From IMG/VR virus record IMGVR_UViG_3300021963_000167, positions 1-53,091 of that record: a stretch of 53,091 nucleotides of DNA; one strand, given 5' to 3'. The DNA comes from a virus (lineage: Duplodnaviria; Caudoviricetes). The notes beneath the pieces were generated by a model that did not search any database, was not told the origin of the DNA, and saw nothing but the letters and a program-made list of their open reading frames with translations. Below, piece by piece: positions 8,821 through 17,900 of this stretch (the stretch's first letter is position 1; the number at the start of each line of letters is the position of its first letter). The position numbers and the translations under genes are program-made.

Positions 8821-10764
8821 TTAATTACAATTCCAACGACGGAGTGCTTTGTTGATATTACTATCGGGATCTCTTGCAGTCTTTGCTGAAGTAAGTTTAG
8901 ATTTCATTCCAGACATACGTCTACAAAAGGACTTGCGACGAGATGCTCTTTTTCCTGTTGGATTTTTCTCAGTTACTGCAGTTTGTAGTTTTGAACCTGG
9001 ATTTTCTCTACGATATGCCTTAACTGCATCTTGACTTAATCCATCAGTCCTATCCTTCCGATTAACTGCCTGCCAATCTTCTTCAATCTCAACTTCTTCC
9101 CCCATCGGTTTTACATAATTTTTATTTGATCCTGGTTTTGCTGCACTTCCTCCCTGAGGACCAAATGCTTGAATTAATGGTTGCCCTGGTTGAAGTTCAG
9201 AAACAGAATGATAGATTACATTACATCCAGGATAAACTTTTTGAAGTTCACCATTAATTTCTTTACGAGTAGGAAGTTTTACCTGAGGGAAAAATATTTT
9301 GAGTGAATAATATTTTCCTCTCCAAGAAAGAGTAACTGCAATAATATTTCCAGTTTGTGCTTGAAGTCTTGTTGCTTCATCTACTTGTGATTTGAACCCC
9401 CTAATTGGTTCTGGTTCAATCAAATCTATAACTTCTGCAAAGGTATTTCCATCTAAGTCTTCAATAGTTACGTCTTCCGTTTTTACACATCTATTGTATT
9501 TTTTACCAAAAAGTTTCTGAGTACCTTTCTTCTTATATCCAGGCCAACATTTCATCTCATCCATAATTTTATTAACCAATTTTTGTTCTTCCATCTCTCC
9601 ACTTGTAACATAATCAGAAGCAGTATCGATATAATCTGCTGCTTTTGTAATTTTTGACTGTACCCATGCTTCCAAATTACCTTCGCCTTGACCAACTTTA
9701 TTTTGCAATTTTTTTACCGCGTTCATAATTGTTGAAAGTTCTGAGCGAACCATCGAATATTCTTCGTCCTTCACAGAAACTTTATCCCATGCTTTTTCCC
9801 CATAAGAACATTGAGATTTTGTTTCTCTTTTGTCACATAAAGGACAGTATCTTTCTTCTTCGTGCATAGTTGCCTCCGATTTAGTTCCCCAGTTGTCTGC
9901 GCCAACTTTGCGACATTTAACAAGTGCTCCAGATGCATATGCACTCGGCCAAACATCATACCTAGACTTTACTTTATGGTAACAGGCATCTTTTTTGCCA
10001 CTACCTTTACCTGGTTTGTCTTTGACTTCTTGTAGGTCCATTTCTTCAGTTCTTACGTTAGTTGGTTTTGCACCACCAGTTTTTTGTGGTTGATTTGGAT
10101 CTTGAACATTTTTTCTACGTCTTGCTGCTTCCTCTTCATCTTTTGAAAGTACTCTTTTCATTTTAGAACTCCCACATTTTGGTGTAGAAGTTTGACCCTC
10201 TTGACGAGCACATGGTTTCCCTGCCCACTTTCCTCCAAGTTGAACCCATCCACTTTTACCATCAGAAGACTTAGATTTACCAAACCAATCACGAAGACCT
10301 TCATCACCAGATTTAGTTTCTTCTTTTAAATTATCAATCCAATCATCTGGAGTTTTGTCATTTTTATACACAAAAGCATTATGTAATTCTTTTGCAGTCA
10401 TATCATGTTTCTTCATAATACGACGCATCAATTTGTCAATAGAGTCATAAGAAGTATCTTTCAATTTTTTTAGTTGATCTTCAAGTTCTGCAACTGCAGT
10501 ATCTTCACATCCACAATGCTCTTTTACATCTTTGAATTTTTTATGATGCTTTTTAGCATCTGCTTCCATTCTTTTCAAACGAGTATAATAATCTGGAATT
10601 TCATCTAGATGTTGTAAAGCAATATATTTTGCTAAATCATGATTTTGTGTGTGTTCATGCTCAATAGGTTCTCCCATATCAAGTTGCCTTTGTATGAAAG
10701 AAACTTCTAGGCGATGCTTCTTTGCAATTTGTTCAACAGTTTTATGGGACTTAAATTTATTCAT
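8821..10764 (-). CDS. Modular basic/Cys-containing protein, probable internal head polyprotein
   Basis: 647 aa between g16 and g17; short modules separated by Glu-ending linkers; own late promoter. Confidence 0.6.
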   Translation of the reverse strand: MNKFKSHKTVEQIAKKHRLEVSFIQRQLDMGEPIEHEHTQNHDLAKYIALQHLDEIPDYYTRLKRMEADAKKHHKKFKDVKEHCGCEDTAVAELEDQLKKLKDTSYDSIDKLMRRIMKKHDMTAKELHNAFVYKNDKTPDDWIDNLKEETKSGDEGLRDWFGKSKSSDGKSGWVQLGGKWAGKPCARQEGQTSTPKCGSSKMKRVLSKDEEEAARRRKNVQDPNQPQKTGGAKPTNVRTEEMDLQEVKDKPGKGSGKKDACYHKVKSRYDVWPSAYASGALVKCRKVGADNWGTKSEATMHEEERYCPLCDKRETKSQCSYGEKAWDKVSVKDEEYSMVRSELSTIMNAVKKLQNKVGQGEGNLEAWVQSKITKAADYIDTASDYVTSGEMEEQKLVNKIMDEMKCWPGYKKKGTQKLFGKKYNRCVKTEDVTIEDLDGNTFAEVIDLIEPEPIRGFKSQVDEATRLQAQTGNIIAVTLSWRGKYYSLKIFFPQVKLPTRKEINGELQKVYPGCNVIYHSVSELQPGQPLIQAFGPQGGSAAKPGSNKNYVKPMGEEVEIEEDWQAVNRKDRTDGLSQDAVKAYRRENPGSKLQTAVTEKNPTGKRASRRKSFCRRMSGMKSKLTSAKTARDPDSNINKALRRWNCN

Positions 10765-10785
10765 TAGTTAAATGAACCCTTTATA

Positions 10786-10793
10786 TATTTATT
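10786..10793 (-). promoter_or_regulatory. Late promoter AATAAATA
   Basis: Motif ~21 nt upstream of ATG 10764. Confidence 0.6.
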
Positions 10794-11223
10794 GTTCGGA
10801 TTGATTTTGAGATTGTTGCTTTAACAATTTTGCAAGTTCTGTAGTAGACCCAACAAAAAGAGCATTATTGACCGTGGTTGGTCCCTTTACACTATCCTCC
10901 TCAACATCTTTTTTGATCTTATGTAATGCCATAAGTTTTTCTGCAATTTCACTTGTATTTTTAATCAATTGTCCAGCAACTTCATAAGCACGAGGCATCT
11001 CACTTTCTTGTGCTAATTCAAGAATTCCATTAATAGCTTCTTGCCCCTTTTCTACAAGAGAATATAAATTTCCTCTTGCATAATCATAATCTTTTTTAAT
11101 ATCATCTGCATCTGAGGCATATTTTTCTATTTTTTCGGATACCTTTTCTGCTTCAACTGGAACTATTTCTCCTTCAACATTAAAAGTTTCGTTTAACTTA
11201 TCAAACTTTTTAGTCATTTTCAT
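10789..11223 (-). CDS. g16: Terminase small subunit
   Basis: DYDYARGNL, PRAYEVAGQLIK, NNALFVGSTTEL. Confidence 0.93.
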   Translation of the reverse strand: MKMTKKFDKLNETFNVEGEIVPVEAEKVSEKIEKYASDADDIKKDYDYARGNLYSLVEKGQEAINGILELAQESEMPRAYEVAGQLIKNTSEIAEKLMALHKIKKDVEEDSVKGPTTVNNALFVGSTTELAKLLKQQSQNQSEQ

Positions 11224-11229
11224 ATCTTA

Positions 11230-12231
11230 TCAAAATACAGTTCCATTAAACCCAAAATCATCACCATCTTCAATTAGAGTATTATCTGTAGAAGTGATTG
11301 ATTTTATTTCAGCACCTGCTAAGTGTGAAGTGATTGTTGTATTATCCTTACCTCTTTCAACTGTAAGAACATTTCCAGACTTTGAGGTCACATAAACCTC
11401 TTCACCTTCTAGATCAAAATAACTATTAATTGCAATAGAACTTGCATCATTTACAGTTATTTTATTATCAGTTGTAGATATATCATTACTTAAGTTTGTG
11501 AGGACAATACCAGTATAATTTTGAATTGCTCTTGGTTCTACTGAATATACAACTTCTCTTGATGGAGTGGAAGTAAGATCTCCAGCAATATAATTGATAG
11601 TTGCCTTTTTGATAATATCTTTGGTTGCAGAAGAAACTGGACCAAATAGGTATGTTTTTGCAGTAAATCTTAAGGTGTAAATTAAAACTCTTCTAGTTGT
11701 AAAATCTCCTTCATAGTCGTCCTGCATAGTAATATTTTCTAGAATTACAGGAATATCTCTTTTTTCATTAATTGTTTCAACTAGGTCAACCGTCATAGTA
11801 TATGCTGGTTGAAAATATGGTAGAATTTGTTCTACGATTTGAAGAGCATCGTCGTTTAATTTGCACATAATACTCAACTCAAATTGCATATTATACGGAA
11901 CGGGTAAATATGCTTTTTTTGTTTCTCCACCGTCCTCAACAGACTTCGCAGTAAATGTTTGAGTTGTTGTCGATTTTCTTGATGCATCATAAGTTAAACC
12001 GGTAAATTCAAATGACATTCTTGGTAATGTAATTTGAATTGGTTTACTCAAATTTGGCGATTGATTCAGTCTTGCAAGAAATTTTTGAGTCGGTCCATAT
12101 GCAAGAGGAACTTTAATAACACTAACAACTTGTTCTGCATTATTTACGTGCTTGATTGTAATATCATTAAATAGAGAACCAAATGAAATTACGGTTTTTC
12201 TTAAAATTTCGTGATAAAAATATTCAAACAT
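11230..12231 (-). CDS. g15: Tail sheath stabiliser / tail completion protein
   Basis: FGSLFNDI, KVPLAYGPTQKF, LPRMSFE, QIVEQILPYFQP. Confidence 0.95.
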   Translation of the reverse strand: MFEYFYHEILRKTVISFGSLFNDITIKHVNNAEQVVSVIKVPLAYGPTQKFLARLNQSPNLSKPIQITLPRMSFEFTGLTYDASRKSTTTQTFTAKSVEDGGETKKAYLPVPYNMQFELSIMCKLNDDALQIVEQILPYFQPAYTMTVDLVETINEKRDIPVILENITMQDDYEGDFTTRRVLIYTLRFTAKTYLFGPVSSATKDIIKKATINYIAGDLTSTPSREVVYSVEPRAIQNYTGIVLTNLSNDISTTDNKITVNDASSIAINSYFDLEGEEVYVTSKSGNVLTVERGKDNTTITSHLAGAEIKSITSTDNTLIEDGDDFGFNGTVF

Positions 12232-12253
12232 ATGATTGACTCAGATTAAATAG

Positions 12254-12261
12254 TATTTATG
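12254..12261 (-). promoter_or_regulatory. Late promoter CATAAATA
   Basis: Motif ~22 nt upstream of g15. Confidence 0.55.
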
Positions 12262-12262
12262 T

Positions 12263-13672
12263 TTATGGCATTCCAAATGGATTTGATTCGTCAAAATCAA
12301 TAATATCATCTGCTTCTTCCTCAATCTCATCATTGGCAGCATATCCATCTTTTTTGAGAGAATTAATGGAACGTAAGTAATGAGATGCACTTGATGCCGA
12401 ACCAACAATATTTTCTCCAGAAATAAAATTACCAGTTAATTGGAACACCTGAAGAATTTTTGTAGTTGAATTCCAAGATTTAACTCTTGCCGTTACGCCA
12501 CTTTGCGAACCCGTTACTAATTCATTAAAGATAAAGTTTCCACTAGAAGTTAAAAGAGGATTTCCAATTGTAATTATTGGTTCTGCAGTATATCCAAGCC
12601 CAGCGTTTGTAATATAAATCGCTGTGATTGATCCTGCTGTGGATACGACTGCCGTTGCAGCGGCTGATATTGTTGATATTCCCGCAAAGGTGATGCTTGG
12701 TGGTGTTATATATCCAGAACCAGAATTAGTAACAGTAATTATACCAACAATTCCATCCCCAATAGTAGCAGTCGCAGCTGCACCACTACCACCGCCACCA
12801 ATAAATCTTACTCCCGGAGTTGTAGAATATCCATATCCGGTATTAGTAAGTAAAACTCTTTGAACCGATTTTGCTTGTGGGTTTACATTATCATTACATA
12901 CAACAATTCCACCTATCATTTCGGCAACTGCAGTTGCTGTTTTACCTCCAGCTGGAGCAGATGAAATGCCAACAGTGGGTGGATTAATATAACCCCCACC
13001 ACGATTTGTAATCGTAATAAATCTTATACCGCCGTTTACAATTGAAGCAGTTGCTGTTGCAGTTATTCCAATACCTGCCATAGTAAGATTTACAAAATTT
13101 TCAATAGGTGTTTTTTCTGGATCAGATGAATCACTGCCTGATAGTAATTCATCAATTTCGCCAATACTTGTATCAATAAGTTCATCTTCATACCTAAAGA
13201 GTTCACATCTTAACTGATAAGTGTAACTTCCTTGAAGTTGATAAAATGGTTTTTCGTGTTCTACATATTTAATTTCAAATAATCTTCTACCCAAAGGAAA
13301 ATAAATTAGGTCTCCTTCTTTGGGTCTTGAAGATAACTTTATATTTGATTGATTTTGAATTAGGGGAGAAATATAAGTTTTAAATCTTTCTCTTGAAATA
13401 ATTAAAGTAATCTCATTGAGTGCTTGAATGCCAAATTTTGATAAAATTGTTGGATTATCTCCATATCCATCAAAACTATCAACATATGCCTCAATTGGAT
13501 ATGCGTTATTGAATTCTGACTCAATAACTTCTCTTATGACTGTTTTTTCTGTAATGTATTGCCTAGGAAGATAATGAACCTCAACACCATACATTCTCAA
13601 CTGTTCGTTGATTAGATCTTGAATAAGACCTTGTTCTGTTTTAGATCCTTGGAGAAAAAATGGATTAAGCAT
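12263..13672 (-). CDS. g14: Neck protein with inserted repeat domain
   Basis: MYGVEVHYLPR, LSKFG, RPKEGDLIYFP, FEIKYVEHEKPFYQL, C-terminal DFDESNPFG. Confidence 0.93.
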   Translation of the reverse strand: MLNPFFLQGSKTEQGLIQDLINEQLRMYGVEVHYLPRQYITEKTVIREVIESEFNNAYPIEAYVDSFDGYGDNPTILSKFGIQALNEITLIISRERFKTYISPLIQNQSNIKLSSRPKEGDLIYFPLGRRLFEIKYVEHEKPFYQLQGSYTYQLRCELFRYEDELIDTSIGEIDELLSGSDSSDPEKTPIENFVNLTMAGIGITATATASIVNGGIRFITITNRGGGYINPPTVGISSAPAGGKTATAVAEMIGGIVVCNDNVNPQAKSVQRVLLTNTGYGYSTTPGVRFIGGGGSGAAATATIGDGIVGIITVTNSGSGYITPPSITFAGISTISAAATAVVSTAGSITAIYITNAGLGYTAEPIITIGNPLLTSSGNFIFNELVTGSQSGVTARVKSWNSTTKILQVFQLTGNFISGENIVGSASSASHYLRSINSLKKDGYAANDEIEEEADDIIDFDESNPFGMP

Positions 13673-13677
13673 ATTTC

Positions 13678-14526
13678 TTATCCGATCATATCATAAGGAG
13701 GAAGTTCATAAGTATTGGACATTTTCTCCATTAATATATCAATTTCTCTTTGTGCATCATCGTACATTTGTCTTCCATTTAATTCAACACCACCAGGAAG
13801 TTTAACTCCTGTAAATTTCATCATATTTTGCCCCCACTGCTTTTTGATAAGAGAAGTTAGATATGGTTTAATAAATGAATCATTCCACACTCGCGAATAA
13901 TCATTTGGGTCTAATGTTGAGTAACAATCTATGATAATATATTGATCTTTTCTTAAAGATGACCAGTCAACATCAAGATATAATCTATCTTGTCTTTTAT
14001 TAAAACGAATTTGTTTTTGTGTATTTAAAAGAAAATCCAAGTCCTCTAGATATGTTTTAACCATTGCGTAACTTAGGAGTTCAGTTGTTCCCCAATAATA
14101 AATATCATTTAAAAATAATTGATACTTAACACTAAACATATTATTAGTAATAGTATTTGCACCATCAAAAATAAAAATTTTATTCACTCCAATAACATTG
14201 GGTGGAACTTGTAAATAATTACTATTTTCTTCGTATGTAAAAGTTGTTGCAGTTCCTACAATATTAGTTGTAACAGTTGTAGTCACAATACCTACAGGAG
14301 AGGAAGATCCACCCCTAGATCTTCCCCTATCAATATCTTCTTGAGTTACTTTATACTTGTAAAAAGTTGGATACACTCCATCAAAATGTCTTTCTTGAAA
14401 AAACTGAATAGCATCATCTACTAAATCTTCAATTTGTTCATCTGCAACATTAATTTCCAAAACTGGAGCTCCCAGTTTTCTCTTACAGTAATCAATAAGT
14501 TCTTGTCGGGTAGATGGTTGTGCCAT
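13678..14526 (-). CDS. g13: Neck protein
   Basis: LIDYCKRKLGAPVLEINV, KKQWGQNMMKF, LPGGVELNG. Confidence 0.95.
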   Translation of the reverse strand: MAQPSTRQELIDYCKRKLGAPVLEINVADEQIEDLVDDAIQFFQERHFDGVYPTFYKYKVTQEDIDRGRSRGGSSSPVGIVTTTVTTNIVGTATTFTYEENSNYLQVPPNVIGVNKIFIFDGANTITNNMFSVKYQLFLNDIYYWGTTELLSYAMVKTYLEDLDFLLNTQKQIRFNKRQDRLYLDVDWSSLRKDQYIIIDCYSTLDPNDYSRVWNDSFIKPYLTSLIKKQWGQNMMKFTGVKLPGGVELNGRQMYDDAQREIDILMEKMSNTYELPPYDMIG

Positions 14527-14696
14527 TAGATTCTAAGACTTGCAATGACTTCTTGTTGACTGAGATATAATTTAATATGAGATTTTGCAAGGGTTCTCAA
14601 AGTTTCAATATCATCTATACTATCTATATCTCTTGAAAGTTTTTCATATTCAAACATCTTACTCATACTATTAAGAGAAATTTGATTAGGATCCAT
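14526..14696 (-). CDS. Small helical protein, NblA-like pattern (56 aa)
   Basis: Hand-translated MDPNQISLNSMSKMFEYEKLSRDIDSIDDIETLRTLAKSHIKLYLSQQEVIASLRI; coupled to g13 by TAATG. The ORF is solid, the NblA call is tentative. Confidence 0.6.
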   Translation of the reverse strand: MDPNQISLNSMSKMFEYEKLSRDIDSIDDIETLRTLAKSHIKLYLSQQEVIASLRI

Positions 14697-14910
14697 TTGC
14701 TAAGTTCCTCAATAAGGTTTTAATTTCATTTAAATCATTTTTAATTTCACTCACATCAGTCTCAAGATTTTTAATTCTTTGCGTTTCATTGTATATTCTT
14801 TTATAGTTTTCTGTATATTGGTTATACCCATCTACATCAAAATTAACTATGCCGTTTGAATTTATATCTCTTACTAGATGATTTTTATCTTTAACTTTTA
14901 TGTAATCCAT
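14686..14910 (-). CDS. Small coiled-coil virion-associated protein
   Basis: IKVKDKNHLVRD..SNGIVN then heptad C-terminus; follows the VrlC-like gene. Confidence 0.75.
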   Translation of the reverse strand: MDYIKVKDKNHLVRDINSNGIVNFDVDGYNQYTENYKRIYNETQRIKNLETDVSEIKNDLNEIKTLLRNLANGS

Positions 14911-14912
14911 AA

Positions 14913-17900
14913 TTAAACTCTAGGTCTAATGGTTGCAATTGCTCTTAATTGACTAATAGTTGGTGGAGTTGCCTGGTTGGTTCCTGCCATTACAATCTTA
15001 ATAGCAAAAGCGTTGAAATCAGGTAAATCATCCACAGAATATTCGTAATCTAAGAAACCAGTATCTGATGAAATCTGAACAAAACTATCAGATGATCCAT
15101 CATTTAAAGAAGGATCTATAACTCTTTTAATTCCCTGTCCATCTATTTGATAATTTGAATAACCTGGGAATAATTCAAAATTTTGTGATAACTTGGGAGA
15201 ATCATCTCTAAACAGTTGATAAAGAACTCTAATATCATTAGTTTCATTACGATTTGCTGATAATAAAACTTTAATGGAATTTGCGGGAATTTTAAGTCTT
15301 ACCGGTTTTGAAAGATAAATTGTTGCATGTTTGTCATCATATAAACTCCTTATGGTATCATCATTTGCATAATTGGAATTTTCATTTACTCCATATGGAC
15401 TATTGATAAGATTAGATGTTAAAATTGCATTAACTTGAATATCATCTATAACTGGAGAAATTCTAGAATCTTCTGTGGTCAATAAAAATTCCATACTAAA
15501 TGATTTATTTCCAGGAGATTCTGTAATATATCTTTCTTCATTAACATCAGAACAAATAATTCTGGGAGTATCAAAATAATAAGTATCATTTAAGGAAATT
15601 GTTGTAAATCCATCATCAACAAACGATTTTTCATTACCATTAATACTTGTTCCAGTAAAGGTTCTAATCTTACAAGAAATATTTGTTTTTGCTGGAATAA
15701 TATATGCAACATTTGGTGTAATAGCTTCAAATTGAATATTATTTGTCAATATTGTTCCGCTGTTTCCAGTCTGGATTGTTTCTTTAAAGTAAAGATCATT
15801 TGTACGATCAGAACCAATTCCAGCATTATCTGATGTATCAATTTTTATAAAATATGAATTAAGTTCAATTGGGTGAGTACTTACAACATCAGTAAAGTTA
15901 TGAACTTTATTAATTCTTCTCAAAGAAACACCGTTAAATTCATACTTATAAACTGGAACGGAAATACCAGCAACGCCGATTCCATAAGGTTGTGATTTAG
16001 TTCCATCAATTCCTCTAGTAACACCGGTCAATGAATTCCCAGAAATTCCAGTATATGAAATAACCTCCTCACCAATAATAGCATATCCTGGATTGATTGC
16101 ATTTACTTCAATTCCTTCAAAAATTTCAAATCCTAAAGATGATTCTAGAGGTATGGTAGTTTGTCCTGATGTGATTAAAGATGTTGTTGAGGAATTTACT
16201 TCAGACTGCAAAGGTCTAAATGAACTAATTCTTAAAAGATTTTCAGTGGAATGCATTCCGTGATTCATATGTAAAATCTTCATATGTAAACCATCATAAT
16301 ATGGATCTGGTGTAATTGTGTTTATAGTAACTCCAGCACCCGTTACTATTGTTGTTCCTGCTCCAGTTCTATAACTAACAGTTGTGAGTCCAACATTAAA
16401 TTCTCCTTGAACATTGTCAATGATAAATGCATTTCTTGACGCAATATTTTTAACAGTCAATCTCCCACCAAATCCAACATTTTGTCCCATTCCAGTTTCG
16501 GGAATCAGTAGCGAATCGCCAACTTGATAACCAAAACCACCATCAGTAATTGTAACGGTAGCAATTCCTATTACATTTCCGCTAGAAGTGGTTACAGTAG
16601 TAATACCAATTGTTGCCTTTGCTCCAATACCTGTTCCAGTTTCAGTTTCTAGGGAAATATTTGTAAATGTTCCTGCAGTATAACCAAATCCGGGATTTGC
16701 TATAGAAATTCCCAATCCAACACCTGAAGTAATACTTCCAGCAATACCTATTAATTTTCCAGTTGCTGATCCTTGAACTAAGGTTACTCCAGGAACAACA
16801 TTAGTAGTGTCATATCCTGTCGAACCCAGACCAACAATAATTTTTTTTGAAAGTGATAAGACTTGATTTTCTCCGGTTACTGTTAATTTTTCATTTCCCA
16901 AGTCAAGTTTTGGATTAAAGTATCTTACTGCACCTTCATTGGCAATAAAGTCTGCTCTATAAAGTCTATACTTCAAGTCTTCTAATTGTGCTGGAGACCA
17001 AGTTGAACTATTTTGTGACTTGAACAGACTTCCCAAAGTTGGTTGAACCGAAACTCTCACTCCGGTTCCATTATCTGGAGAATCTCCCGGCAATAAAGAC
17101 TTTTTACCTAATTCTGCAATAAAAACTCTATATTGTGGACTTCCTGAGAAAAGAACAACGGCAAATTGTGATGTTTGTTGACTTCCTATAGGAGATTGTC
17201 TAACTTCTAATTGTTGTGGACCTGGTAAATAAACAGGTGAAGAGAATATGAATTTAGTTGCAACTGTTCCATCCTTTGATACATTAACTTGATCTGGAGT
17301 TAGAGTAACTTCAGAAAATGGAACAACAACATTGCTTGGGACTCCAGCGATCAAAGGTCTAATTTGTAAAGATACTGGAAGACTATCATCTTTAGTTTCA
17401 AAAAATATTTCAACAGAGGTTAAAAATATTCCAGTACTTTCGGTAACAAAGAAAGATTGTGCTAGAGGATCTTTATATTCCCAAATCGCAACCTGATTTG
17501 GTTTTGCAGTTACTGTTTGAGTTGAATCAAATGTAGTCGTATTTGTAGTTGTATTTGTAGTTGTTTTAACAGTTAGATTGTAACTACTTAAAATTGTTAT
17601 AGTTCTAGTAGTTAGAATGTTAGTTTGTTCTACTTTATAAGTTCCTTTAGACGCAAATTCTGCCTCAGCTGAACTTTCATTAACTCTTGTATTTGAAATA
17701 AACTCTTTATAAATGTTTCCAGCATTTTGTAATGTTGGCGTGTCAATTAAAGTAAATGTATTTTGCCCATTAATCCACTTTGGATTGCTTGGAATATTGG
17801 GGTTTGGAATATATATAGATCCTAATAATCTTCCAGAATTATCAGAAATTAATCTAATATTAGTAATTTTAGCAACTGCACCAGACTTTTTACCAATCAA

